From NCBI GenBank assembly GCA_011109175.1, contig RDEW01000020.1, positions 366,514-430,513 of the forward strand: DNA of 64,000 nucleotides, in the 5' to 3' direction. The first letter of the stretch is position 1; every line of letters begins with the position of its first letter. Positions 26,681-39,631 of the stretch are shown in pieces. A model generated the notes under the pieces. That model ran no database searches and was not told the DNA's origin. It saw only the letters and a program-made list of their open reading frames with translations. The DNA is from Dicyema japonicum (taxonomy: Eukaryota; Animalia; Dicyemida). The position numbers and the translations under genes were made by a program.

Positions 26681-27002
26681 AGCCGGGTGGCATAGTGGTT
26701 AGGTGTCGGGCTAAAGTGACTTAGGTTACGAGTTCGATTCTCGATGCTGTTCACCTGGTGGAAGGTTCCACGCATCTACGATACCAAAAGGGTTTGGCGA
26801 GTGACGCCGTCATCAGTGGATATTCACTGCGGAACTGGATTGTCTAGAAAGGACCCACACACAAGAAAAAGAAAAAAGAAGTGAAGATCATTCCTTGGTT
26901 CTACGATTAGTTAAAATTAACTGTTCTTTACTTAAATAAAGTGTGTCCTGTCTATGCGGAGCTATAAATATTATGGCTCTCGTGAAAAGGCTGTTATTAT
27001 TA
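26681..27002 (+). mobile_element. SINE-A, full length
   Basis: A box TGGCATAGTGG, B box GTTCGATTC, hairpin-rich body, (TTA)n tail. Confidence 0.95.
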
Positions 27003-27194
27003 TACAATCGTAGCTGAAAATCTTCGGTGAAGTCCCAATGCTTTACATTCTCTCCCACATGGACAACGTGGTTGCGAAAGCAAACAAGAAAATGCAAGCC
27101 TTCCGTTAATAGCCGATCTATCTTCGACCGAGACAAGGAAACTCTCAGAATAATCTACAAACAACATATCAGGACCTTCTTGGAAGTCAAGGAA

Positions 27195-27330
27195 GATGAG
27201 GACATCTCCGTAGCTTTTTTAGCCCCTCCAATCGAGCCTTAATCAGTCCAGCCCTTTTTGGAAGACGAACAAGCTTCACACGTCTTTTGAAGGTTTTATT
27301 AATGTAAATATCCAATGAAAGACTAGTCTT
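27195..27330 (-). pseudogene. Duplicated GalNAc-T exon fragment
   Basis: Similar to 24485-24620. Confidence 0.8.
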
Positions 27331-28019
27331 TCGCCCGGCACTCGTTACAATGCGCCACAAGCTTGATACAAAAAAAGATTTTTAAGACTCAAATATTCAT
27401 CCATCTAGTATTTCAGAAATTAGACTTTCTTGTGTCTCAGAAAACCGAGGAATGCGTGTATTGGCGTACCTAGGGGCCCATAGTTGCAGCAGATCCGGGC
27501 AGCACGATGTAGGTCGCAGCATATCCAAGTCATAGAGTTCACATTCTAAAGTTATACCCACTTTTACTCGATTTTTTTCATCATAGACAAAATCGACTGC
27601 TAGTGGATCACCTTGTTCTATTGAAAACTTATAAATCACTGGTTTCAATCGATGGCAGATGCGTGTTCGTTGTGAATTCCCTTATCCTTCTTCGTGATGA
27701 AATACAGTCGATTACCTTCTTGTTATGACGACGATGTCACGCTTGCACAGCATAGGATGCAAGGTGACGGTTGTTTTTCCTTGGTACAGTCTTTTGTTTT
27801 GATTTCTTGTGTGTATTCATGAACATGAAAAAGTCCTGATCACAAAAATGCAATGCGTGAATATTTGGATTTTGTGCAAGACTCGAAAATCATGCTCGAT
27901 TGATTACAAACTCCTATTTCGAGTGAAAAAAGAAATGGAGACTTATTGTTGAACGGATTGTAGATGTTGCTTTTCTCCTGCAAGACAACAACCTACATTT
28001 TTTTCTCTTAAATTTTGGT

Positions 28020-28550
28020 GCCCCATTCTGTCATTAGTACAGAGTGACAAACGTCTACAAGATCAAAGATTGGTTTAATTTAGACAAGCGATGACCTTGA
28101 TGAGCTCAATAGAATTATTGACCTTCAATCTGATACATCATTAAGAATGCATACTTCAGAAATGGAATGTACCCCTGGGAAGAGTCAGGCGAAAGAAAAT
28201 GATGACTGGAGAGAGTCGAGAGACGAAGACCTATCAGAAGTTGATGAAATAAAAAGAATAATGAATGAATTCATAAACAGACTGAAGGCCAAACATTTAG
28301 AACATTCATGCGGCATTCGTAGGCTGGTTCTTGTAAAGCAATAGATGTTGAAAATAAGATTTGAAAACCTTGAAACGAGACTATCAAAATTTTCCTAACC
28401 CTTTTACGACTGGCGTGAACTCAAGATACAAACATATTTGTGGTCTTCAATGACAAATCAGCATTGAAAAGAAATTCCTGACAAGCGAGATGAAAGAGCC
28501 GCGATACAGACTTTTTCTGACAGCAAAAAAGTGATTAGACGTGGAAGTAA
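28020..28550 (+). mobile_element. R4-like retrotransposon N-terminal remnant
   Basis: VTDKRLQDQR motif; degenerate. Confidence 0.4.
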
Positions 28551-30199
28551 GTGACTTTTTGTTATTGTTTAATAAATTAATGATACTTACTTGATCATTA
28601 TATTCTAATGTTTTATCACGATTTTTAAGTTAGTTAGCATACACTTGTCCCAGGGAGCAAAAAGCTTTGACTCGAATGTTAGAAATGGCCAATGCGACGA
28701 CCAAATACTAAGTGGTTGTTAATTTAATCAGTTTCTCACGTTTGACATTTATTTTTTGTCATCGTTTTTACTATTTATTATTATTTTGTTCCGTTAATTT
28801 TGATGTTCATGCATAGATACTTTCTGTTCCCTACTCATCCTCGCCCAAATGAAATACGTCACTATAATAAAAAAACTCTTCATTGACTATCCTTTCGACC
28901 TTACGTCATTGTGCTTTTTTATAATATCCTCCAGGAAGTAATGCCACAGCCATCGTCAAACAGGGACGTCACCACAATGAAAACCTTCACTGGCCTTTTG
29001 TGGTCGACGTACGGAAATGTTGTGTGCTAACCTATGGCATCCCCTGTGTCACACTTATCATCCCAAGCATTAAGACACATGCAAAAACATATCTTGTAAT
29101 CAAACGTGATCCTGTAAAAAAATCAAAAAGGAAACGAAGCAGTAAATATTATGTTTTACATAAATATATAGTTAAAAGTGCAGTCCTCGCGGCCCGATTC
29201 CTCCCATCATTGATATTCTCACCCTCCTCACTGAACACGAGCATTCTGGAGGTCTTCACAACCAACACAGCCACAGGCCGACCTACAATCAACAAACTAC
29301 CCAACCATTAAAGTGACGGTAGTAACTGTAATATTCAACCCCAAACTTTCGTTCCCTAGCCACAACATCCAGTCTTTGTATGAACGAATCCAAGCACGTG
29401 AGACCCGTGAGAGACTCAATCCCTATCAGTCCATTCGAGATTATATTGTCCACAATCCTCTCAAAACTATTGGCATCCGAGATGAGCTTCACAGCATTCT
29501 CACGGTTACTCAGCTTCCCAGCAAAGTCGGGGTAATTCATTCTATCAAGGATGGAAATTGAGGCTGACTCCTTGGCTTAGTTCCTCCTTGACCCCCTCCC
29601 CAAAGCCACAACCCTTCAACTGATATTCGACAGTTGTAATAATGTCTCCCATTCTCATTTATAACCTTAACTCAATTTTATGTGATAATGTAAGAATATT
29701 AATGACTCGAATGAGCTTGGAATAGCAATATGATGATGTACAGAGACTCTTGTTGGTATCCCAACTAAGGTAAGTTATGAACGAACCTTGACGAGGCACC
29801 AATCTTACTGCAGAGTTTCCACGAGGCGTCCTTCGTGGCTTCCTTCTTAGTTTTTCCTGCTTTATGACAGGATAATACCTGAACCACATGTTTCAAACTC
29901 ACCCACATTCACTTTGACGAAGAAGGTGGCATTTTGTTTCAGAAGTTCAGTATAAACCGGTTGAGACAACTTGTTCTTAGCACAGAATATGTACAGCCAA
30001 GAAACAGGATCTTCTATCCGAGCCTCCATACACCACTAGAATGCACTATATTTTAGATAGTATATTCTATTTCGAATTTTAATTAAAATTCAAGAATTAT
30101 TAAGATAAAAGTGAAAATGATTTTATTCCCATTTGGATGCCAAAAAAGGCCTTATATGATAAAAATATGATTTTGTAAAACATGTGCTCAATTGAATTA

Positions 30200-31050
30200 G
30201 AAGGAAGATTCTGGAACTTAAGCTCTCCTCAACGAGAATCGAGCTGACTTGCGCTCATCCAGGATACTCTCTTTCACGCATACCTTCCTTCCCCGGATAC
30301 CCATAAGGATTGTCATAGAAGACCAGGTGGAGGGCTAGTCACAATTGTAAAGAACGGGACGAATTGAAGTAATTCCTTCTTATGTTAAAGGGATTTCGAA
30401 GACATCGAACACAGCAGACTGAAGCGAAAAGATTCCAAAACTATAGGTTGGTTGATTTGTCTGCTTCAGTAACTTCGTTGAAAGAATTGACCAAAGGACT
30501 CTCATCACAAATGCATTCGATAGATGAAATCGTGAAATCATCAGTGTGGCCATTCTTAAGGCAGACAATATATTTATTCCTCCCTCATCAATTTCATACC
30601 CTCAATTCCCTGACACTTACACTCATAAAACGAAAAAACCAAAACGATGCAATCCAATGGACTTGAAATTTTTGAAATCCATCGGACAACTATACAAAAG
30701 TATAAACCAGAGCATAAATGACCATCAGGCTCAGAGATGGCGTCAGCTGGTCAACCGCCTCAACGGGAAAATTTATCCTATCAATTCTGGAAGAACTAAA
30801 ACAAATTAATTCCAGAGTTGGAAGAGGCAACTCTTCTCCAGAACTCATATGTCATATACACCCTAACCTACTTAAAAAAATACGCTGCGAAGAAACAACC
30901 TTACCAAGAACTATTCTCAGACAAGCAGGTCTCAGAGGTTATCGCCGGATTAAAAAACTCATTTGCCTGCGGCAAGACAAAGTATCTTCGATTCACCTAA
31001 AACATTTACTACCTCACGCAAATATTCAACCTGTCTATTAGATTTAGAGA
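30200..31050 (+). mobile_element. LINE ORF2 fragment (tether region and RT start)
   Basis: IAGLKNSFACG-D..IHLKHL. Confidence 0.6.
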
Positions 31051-31544
31051 ACTCTGTTATCAAACCAGTTTTTGGTTATACACCCATGCCTGTGGGGCTC
31101 TGGAGGGGAGAGTGAGGTCTCTGATGGAGTTTGTGTCACCGTGGTCTTTGGTACTCCAAATTAGTGAACCAGACTATAATCGTTGATTCCATGACAGGTG
31201 AGGTGGTGACATACTTTTATTTCACGAAACGTCATCTCAAAATGGATCGACTTTTTTACGAAATGAGGTCTCAGGAGCAACTAGATGCAAGAAGTTCAGG
31301 AATGAGGTTCAGATTCATTACAGTTCGGGTTCAAGTCAGAAATTCAGGGGAACATGGGGGAGTCTACTTGTCAGACTATCAATCCCCAATGCACGTGTTA
31401 ATAACTTCCATCAAGAGAAGCAAATGTCACTTATTATCCTAGTAATACCACAATCGTGCAAATGTGACGTAAAATAAAGCATTATACTTTAAAAAATACA
31501 GTTTAAGTTTATGACGAGTAAGAAATTTTAAATACATCCTCTTT

Positions 31545-34500
31545 TCAACTTTCCAAAAGGTCAAACAGAAGTTTTAAATTTTTGGGGGAGATGTTACTAT
31601 TCATCTTTGCTGCAGCGATCAGAGAAGATCCCATGTGGTTTTGAAGAGCTATTGCTAGTTTGATGTGGCCTCTCTCAGAGATACAACTCCTCCTAACGTC
31701 AGTCCAGTAGTAGAGCAAGCTTCTAGAAGTTTCCAAAACAGCGGAAGCACATTGTTTGAGACGTCTTTTGACTTTTTCTTGTCCATCATTAAAATGCAAT
31801 CTACGTTATGACATTACCCCAACCTGCAAGTCTCAGAACGATCAGTGGCTTGCTCAGTGAGGTCCCGTTAACAAAGTTAGACACTAGAGAGTTTATCATA
31901 ATGGACGAATCTACGTAAAACGACGATTACCAATTTTTTGCTGCAAAATGTCAAGCACGTTGTTGGCTTTAGTAAGAATATCCTTGTTTTTTGACATAAA
32001 TTGGCGGACGATGGCAGAAATTAAGAATTTAATAAGAGAGTCAGACATGTTAGTGCAGATCAGTGGCAGAAGGTGTTCTGAGGAAGTCAGGGCCAGCAAA
32101 TTAGATCGAGTGCTGGCCTCATTGAGTTTGGCTACAAACAAGTCCACGATCTGTTTGGATTATGAATAATACAACTCTTTTGAGGTAATAGATGACAGCA
32201 TTGGGACAGGTGGTCGACATCTCCAAGAGGGAGTTGAACCCCTTTTCCCTCAGTCGCAGATCCCCCGTTGAAATGTCGTTGAGGATTTGATCCAATTCCA
32301 ATACGTTGGGGTCGTTCCTCATCCTCAGATTACTGTAGTACTCGCTAAGGTGACTTGTGGATGTACTCTCCACTGTTTTCAGCTTTGGACAATAATTTTC
32401 CGGTGGTGGCTCGTCTAATCCCTGGGAGATAACTATTTGAGAGTACCTTTTTGCTAATATTATCGACGTGATCTGTCATCAGCTTAGCAGAAACTATGGA
32501 TAAGTTTTTCTGACAGATCTTTTCGAAGGAGGGACACTCCATCAACAGACTAACCATTTTTCTTCCATTATACCTAAACATATGCATCCCCCATACCTAG
32601 TCAGGGGTTCGTTATCACTCAGAAAGTGAGCAATAGTAGGTAAGACTCTAAGAGTTATTTCTCGTGATCCTTCCAGTATTTTAACAACTCCCATCATCTC
32701 AACCAAACGAAGCACAAAACTGGAGGCCACTTTTCTAGTTTGTGCATTTTTATGTCTTCGATTTCATAAGTAATAGGGACCTTGCTCCACAGTCAATAAT
32801 GGCACTGATTGCCCTCGTTTGACTCACATTTTCGATCATGGCTGTCAGAGTTCCGTAGACCTCTTGTTGGAGAAAATGTCCACTCTCACTGGACTTGTTC
32901 ATCAGGGCAGTGGTAATCCCATCGAGTTCCTGTACCGTTAACATTACCATTACGGAATTTAAATCAGTTTTTAAATATGTGAACATTGTGGAAATGCAGT
33001 TTATGGCTGTTTTCGACACTTGGGACCTTAGGTTTTTGATCTAAGGGCTTCAATGTCCACCAAACCTCGGGAATGACGGAAAGGAGGACGCTATGCTGAG
33101 TTTGAGCATCCATCACCAATTTGCCTGATTGCAAAGACGATGATACTAAATTGAGTCCTTCACACTTTTTCTCCCTAAAATATTCCACATAGCATACCAG
33201 TCGGAGTCCTGAGCAATTCGATGATTTTACTGTACAGTTTCGGCCCTGTTAGAATGACTGGACTTGTTCTCTCATCTGAGTCTCCTCCTTTGCCTTTCAG
33301 TCCTTGAATCCCAATCTTTTCAATTTTTCTGTAATTATTACCCAAACTGTACTTAAAAGTGTTCTCAGTTGGGTTGGGTTTGACTGATTTGGTCAAATTT
33401 GACGACTTTTTCTTGACCTTCTTGTCTTCGATTTCAGTCGTCTCCTACGACATGGTGGCAATAATGAAACCTCCGAAACGTTAAAAATATCCTTATTGCT
33501 AGGAATCGAATACCACGTAGACAGAGAATCTCTATGATCAGTGATCTCCTCCATGTTTATTGAATGGACCTTCTTTACAAGATCTTGTGGTTCTTTGCGT
33601 TCACCTAAAATGTATTTGTAGTGGCAACCCATTTCTTCTGAAAATAGGTTTTTAGCATCTTGTTCCGTCTTGATCGACTTTCTAGGGGTTATAGCCATTT
33701 CACTACCTCGGCTTTACTTTAATGAACTCTGCTGCTTCATGGAGGTCTTCGTTTGTGCTACATCGAACGTGATCGTCCGTAACAGTCATGTACCCACTGT
33801 CGTTGAATATACGTTCGGCCATTTTCCGTGAAGCACTGTTCCTCAAATTTCTACAACCAGGCATCTCGAGTAGAAGAATACAACTACCTCGTTGGAGCTG
33901 TCCTCCGAATACTTGTGTACTTGGAATTGCGCAGATCTCATCAAATGGTGAGTCGTTCTGTTGCTGTTGCCGGCACTGCGAGCCAAAATCGGCTTAACAG
34001 GAAATTTCAATTCTGCAAAAGTACACAAAAATTGATAATAAAAATAATATTAATTTCATTGTGCAAACCCGAATCAGTCAATGAGATTTTGGTTTGTGGT
34101 TTCTGATCGATTTTTGTTTTTGTAAGCAACGTCATCTTCCACACTCCTCATCTTTAAATCCCCGGAACTATGATACGGCTTTTTTTGATCTCCCTTTGCT
34201 CACTAAAATGACAAACTGGGGGTTTATTACGGTCCCATCCGATTCGAATCCTGTCCTTTCTCTAAGTCTCCAGCGTTTTCTCAAATACGAAGGTCTCTGC
34301 ATTGACTGAAAGCTCTTTGCTTCAGGTTTGGATGAATTGAGGATCCATTCAACGTCCTTTCCACTCAAAAGCTTTAGGGACCCTCCGATGGGTTTTGTTT
34401 TATTGAGGGAATATTCAAACCATAAACAAGCAGTCCCTCGTTCGATATTTTTGGGATCAGATTTCTGTTAAGCCGTGTTTGGAACGCCTCAATGATCCCC

Positions 34501-35958
34501 GACCCGCCTTTAATGAACTCTGCTGGTTGGATCGTGGAAATTAGCTTTTTGAGACTATGTTTGTGTCTTCTGGCAATCGAGTGGAGGACCACAAGACATT
34601 CCATTGCTGCATAACGGACAGAAGAATTGTCATCAAGGACGGAGAACCACTATGATCTTGTACAAGAAGTCTGTATTAAGTGACTCTGTTTTTTCATTTA
34701 GCAAAATTATGTAGGTTATGAGGTCTATGCCTTCCTTCTTTACGTAGGCCTTGCAATTCCGAATCAACAAGTTGAGAATTTCAAGTATTCTGTTGGGGGA
34801 TGACACTCGAGAGTTGAGCACTCTGACGATTCCCAATCGTCCCTTTTTAAAGATTCGGTTTTGTTGAAAGAATCAATGAGATTAGTTCAAGAAGTGACTC
34901 AATCATCGTTTGTCGATTGAGGACAACGACTGCATATAATGTTTATGATTTGAAGCAACATTTCCAGAATTCGACTACTCTTTCTTTGGAAATGACAAGG
35001 AGATGCTTTGAAATCATCTTGAATGCCGATTCTGAGAGATCTATGGTTTTATACCCTTCAAAGTTTGCTCTCCATTCTGCTAGCGACTCGAGTCGAATAT
35101 GAAAACTGCTGTCATAGCAACCACGTATTATTCGTCCTGGAAGATATTTTTCACTGATAGAGTGTTCCCTTTTTCTGAGACGACTCTTCTCCCCTGCGTG
35201 ATTGCTGTCGTTTGAGATTGACCACCCGTCCGAGTCTATACGACTGTTACTGGAGTCATCTCTGGAAAAGCAATTCGAAGCATTTTGATTGCTTGTTTGT
35301 TGGGAGTCGTAAGACATTCTTTTGGAAAATATCAGCCCCAATGAGTTCTTCGAGGGACTCCAAAGCGTTCTTAAGGTGAGCACGCCGAATGTTTTTGTTT
35401 TCAGAAGCAAGTTGTCCACGAGGCTTTCGATGACTTGTGACAAATCCAAATTGGCCATTCTGTAGGTAATAAGAATAGAAAGTCTGAGGACGCATGCCGT
35501 TTGTATGAAACACTCTGTGATTCCAATCCATGCTTTACGAGGACATTCACCAATGTTTGGCCTCCCTTCTTGCAGTTTCTGAACATAAAATGAATCGTTC
35601 TTATAGATTTGCGAGCGTTTGACATTTTGGGGTCACATATTCTACCCAAAACGGGGGGTAGCATTTTGATAATAAAATAGTCCTTGTGTCGGTCAAGCAG
35701 TGGAATGCACTCTTTAACCAGGGAAAGGAATTTTAGTCGGACACTCCAACTTTTGTCGTTGGAAATCTGTTTTAGGGACCTCGATATGAAATCAATGTTG
35801 TCTTCGATCACTTTGGAATCATTATAATATATGAGGGAGTTAATTTCTTCTACAATCTGATCTCCTTCTCTTTCAGAGTATTCATTGTGTATTTTTTCAT
35901 GTTGTCTGCCAGAACCGTCAGACTCCCCCATAGAATTATGTATAATATTTCGGGCCAT
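31545..35958 (-). CDS. TOGARAM: TOG array regulator of axonemal microtubules (crescerin/FAM179-like)
   Basis: HEAT/TOG arrays: VRYAAMECL; FQTRLNRNLIPKISNEGLLVY; DWEKKCEGL; IKNLRSQVSKTAI; HKNAQTRK; tiny introns in the 3' half; indels. Confidence 0.85.
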
Positions 35959-36103
35959 AAATTGTGAAGTTATGGAGATAAATATTTATTAATATATATT
36001 TTTATTAAACAACAATTGATAATTTATTAAAAATTATAATTTAATATATCATTACATTTCTGAATCCTTAATAAAAAAAGTTTATCGGGAATATGGAAGA
36101 TGG

Positions 36104-36403
36104 TAGTAGTGGTTAGGCTAAAGTAAATTAGGTTACGGGTTCGATTCTCGCTGCTGTTCACCTGGTGGAAGGTTCCACGCATCTACGATGCAGAAAGGGT
36201 TTGACGAGTGACGCCTTCATCAGTGGATACTCACTGCGGAACTGGATTGTCTAGAAATGACTCACACACAAGAAAAAGAAAAAAAAAGTGAAGATCATTC
36301 TTTCGCTCTACGATTAGTTAAAATTAACTGTTCTTTACTTAAATAAAGTGTGTATCCTGCCTATGCGGAGCTATAAATACTATGGCTCCCGTGAAAAGGC
36401 TTT
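36104..36403 (+). mobile_element. SINE-A copy within a LINE 3' remnant (remnant extends to about 36785)
   Basis: 13-bp TSD ATGGAAGATGGTA. Confidence 0.93.
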
Positions 36404-37709
36404 AAAAAATGGAAGATGGTACTCACCCGGTCCTGATGAACGAGTACGGACAGTAGGTCGAGCCATGTTTTTCATATGCATGCGACTCGTATGGACCGTC
36501 AATATCTCGGACAAATATGAAAAAGATCGAGGAAAGAGGGCTTTCAGAGTAACGGGACGTGGATTTGTAGAGAACACTGAACCAGATCGAAGCCTCTGGA
36601 GACCATTATGAGAATAAACTCAAAAATGCGGCCCCCTAAATTCAGTCACCCGTCTTATACGATCATGCGCGGGCTCGAGGGAGGAACACTGGGCAAAGAT
36701 GTAGTAACTAATGGAACGCATCGGGATTACGTGATAATTAGTTTGTTTTTACCGTGGTGAGGAATGTTAAATAAATAATAATAAATCCTTAATATTGATT
36801 CGAGTATTGTCAATCAATAAAGGCTATATCCATGATTTAATAAGTTCAAATTGAAAAACAAAATTAGTAGAGGACTGCAGCATTAACTGCAGATCTGTTC
36901 CCTCTCGGGATTGCGAGGGAAATCAGTTTGAATAGTTAGCATTGTTTACAAAGGTCCTCTGAACTTGTTGAGATTAGGTTTCCGAGTTTTTCAAGAAATC
37001 TGAGGACACGAGAAGAACCAATGTGACATCACCGAGGATGTCAGAGTACTTCTGACGGTTCAATGTTTCGGCCTTCCAAGCAGTTGAATGGGCATTGCTA
37101 GAAGGATTGTTTAAAACGAAGGTATATATGCAGGTCCCTTATTAATATAATTTTAATTTTCAAGATTCCGTGAAATACGTTTCTTAGATGATATTTATTA
37201 TTAACAGAAATGATGTTTCCTTGTCGAATGTGCTTGTCCGTAATTATTAAGTCCCCTTATTGTTTCTTATTGGCTGAGGGACTATATTTGGTCATTTGTC
37301 TGATAGCCTTCCATCCCATAGATTGCAATGTTCCAAGTTCTCCGTCGATTTTCTCTAATGTAACGTTAAATTGGAACTGTAAACGTATTACGGTTCCTCT
37401 GGCTGTAAGTAACAAATATTGATAACAACCATACAAATTTCCCGTACGACCCTGTGAGGAAGATGACGTCCTTTTAATTGACGTAAATCCTCTCAATTGT
37501 AGGCCGTTGTGATAATAATCTTGGACATTCAAGTTATTCATAATCATAAAGATTAGCGCTTCCTATAGGTGGTTGTTATCGAAGGTTTATTACCCATTTG
37601 TCGTTCTGATTAATTGTAGCTACTAAGACTGCATAGATTCAAGAAAAATGTTTCCTTCTTTCCTCTGACACGTGAACAAATAAATAACAAAATAATCAAT
37701 AAAAAAGTG

Positions 37710-39375
37710 TTACGTCCTCTTGACTGAACTGAAGGTACTGGAAGCCCCAAAGTATTTGGAATCACTAATCCTCGGTTTCTCGACAGCATCAGGGTTTATT
37801 ATTTCAATACCCCAAATAACAAAACATTCCAACCTGCATTGGAGTGAACACAAAACTAGAAGATACACCAGATATTTGTCTCCTCACTGTTGAAGTCGTC
37901 CCCAACATCTGTTGCCTCTGCTTTGCCAGTTTTTGCTACAATAACACCCCCAATTGACCTGTATAGACTTTGACAATCTATTTTTAGTATTCTTATCAAC
38001 GGGAGCCATCTTGAGTCGTCCCCCGGTCGTACCCGAGACAGTGGGAACATTATACACGTCCTCCACATAAGCATCAGTTTCAATCTACATATATAGCCGA
38101 TAAACCTGTCCAAAGGTCACTCTCTTTGTCTGTCTTGATAATTCTGATATCCCCAGCCTTTCCTTCATTTTACGAGCTCTACCATTAACGTTAACTAAAA
38201 CCTTCTCCCACCTCTTCGTTTCCGTCTGTGGTCAATGGGGGCAGGTAATGGCTTCATCGCCTTTGCTTGTGGAGGTTCATTCAACTTGTTGATCCTATAT
38301 TTGATGTTCTTCAGTAGTTCCAGTCCATAACTCCCATCAGGACTCCCCTTATAGTTGTCAACTCTGGCCGCCATCACCACCTTCGAGCAAATAATCCGGC
38401 ATGCCTTGACCCTCATGTCCTACCATCACCAAATCACCCACCAACGACTGGTTCTGCACCAACTCACACGAATACACGTAACCCACGTGCTGATTAACGG
38501 ACTTTGTGGAATACCCAGTCAACGAACTCCTTTTCCTTCCCAAAAGTCCAACGTTACAGCCTGGTATATTACACAGTTTATCCAACCCCCCAGCCACGCC
38601 AGCATAAAACATACAACTACCTATCAATTTGGCAGCAATGAGAGGACCGACAATGGCCGACATGTTGGGGGCTACATACCGCATCCTCGACTCCACAAAG
38701 TGACTGATCATATCCTGAATACCATTCAACTCAACCCCCTGCAATAACCCCACCACTACCATCCTACAGGCATCTAATGTGAGGGAGAGAGTTTCGTCAT
38801 CCAATGGTGGTCTAATATAACCAACAAACAACTCCTTGGTGTTGGAGGCAGACACACTCATCACCATTATCGTGGCAGGGGTTATAAAGTCCCTGAGTTT
38901 GTCAAACTTGGCAGAACTGGTGATATCATTCCCCAGCACCTCCACCGTCATTATATAGGCCACTGCTGAAGGAACCAATTGATCCAACTCGGGGAAACCG
39001 ACGACTGTACTTTTCCCGTACAAACCTTAGCACAATATCTGTCATAAAGATATCATCAACCCAATTCATTGTCGATTTCGAATACGGCGTTGTTGGCGTC
39101 TATGATGACATCATATTCCGAGTTTTCAATATAATCCGTTAAGGTTGGTTCCCTTGATTCTATGGAGGATATCTTTTCTAGGAGATTGGAGAGCTTAATC
39201 AGAGTGCATTCCATACCCGTTCAGAATCCCGTAATTTGGCATATTTTCTAACAGTTTCTGTCCGTTCGTACTTAAATTCGTGATTATCCTCCATTTTAAT
39301 GTCTCCCTCTTCATTTATAGCCACAATGTCGTCGAGTTCATCAATGTCCAAGGCCAGTTCATCTGCTAATGACAT
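37710..39375 (-). CDS. PRPF31: U4/U6 snRNP protein Prp31
   Basis: MSLADELALD; FPELDQLVP; VESRMRYVAPNMSAIVG; AARVD; KPLPAP..RKRRGGRR; FTPMQGIEIINP; about 10 introns of 21-23 nt. Confidence 0.96.
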
Positions 39376-39470
39376 TATCCACAAGAAACTATTTAAATAT
39401 GAAATTTATTTTTAATAAAAATTTTAATTAGAGATTATCACATTTATTTTTATTTATAGGGAAGAAGCAA

Positions 39471-39610
39471 GGACACACACAAGAAAAAAAAAGTGAAGAT
39501 CATTCCTTGGTTCGATTAGTTAAAATTAACTGTTCTTAACTTAAATAAAGTGTGTGTCCTGCCTATGCGGAGCAATGGCTCTTGTGAAAAGGCTTTATTA
39601 TTATTATTAT
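39471..39610 (+). mobile_element. 5'-truncated SINE-A
   Basis: TSD TAGGGAAGAAGCAA; (TTA)n tail. Confidence 0.9.
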
Positions 39611-39631
39611 TAGGGAAGAAGCAAATTCCTT

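Noticed and set aside
26681-26750. tRNA gene
   Set aside because: Incomplete cloverleaf; it is the head of a dispersed SINE whose other copies have TSDs
27330-27960. Pogo/Tc1-like transposase remnant
   Set aside because: Motifs too degraded to support a call
23308-39375. Programmed frameshifting, RNA editing or pseudogenisation of GalNAc-T, TOGARAM and PRPF31
   Set aside because: Indels examined fall mostly in homopolymers and affect conserved genes; long-read error is more parsimonious
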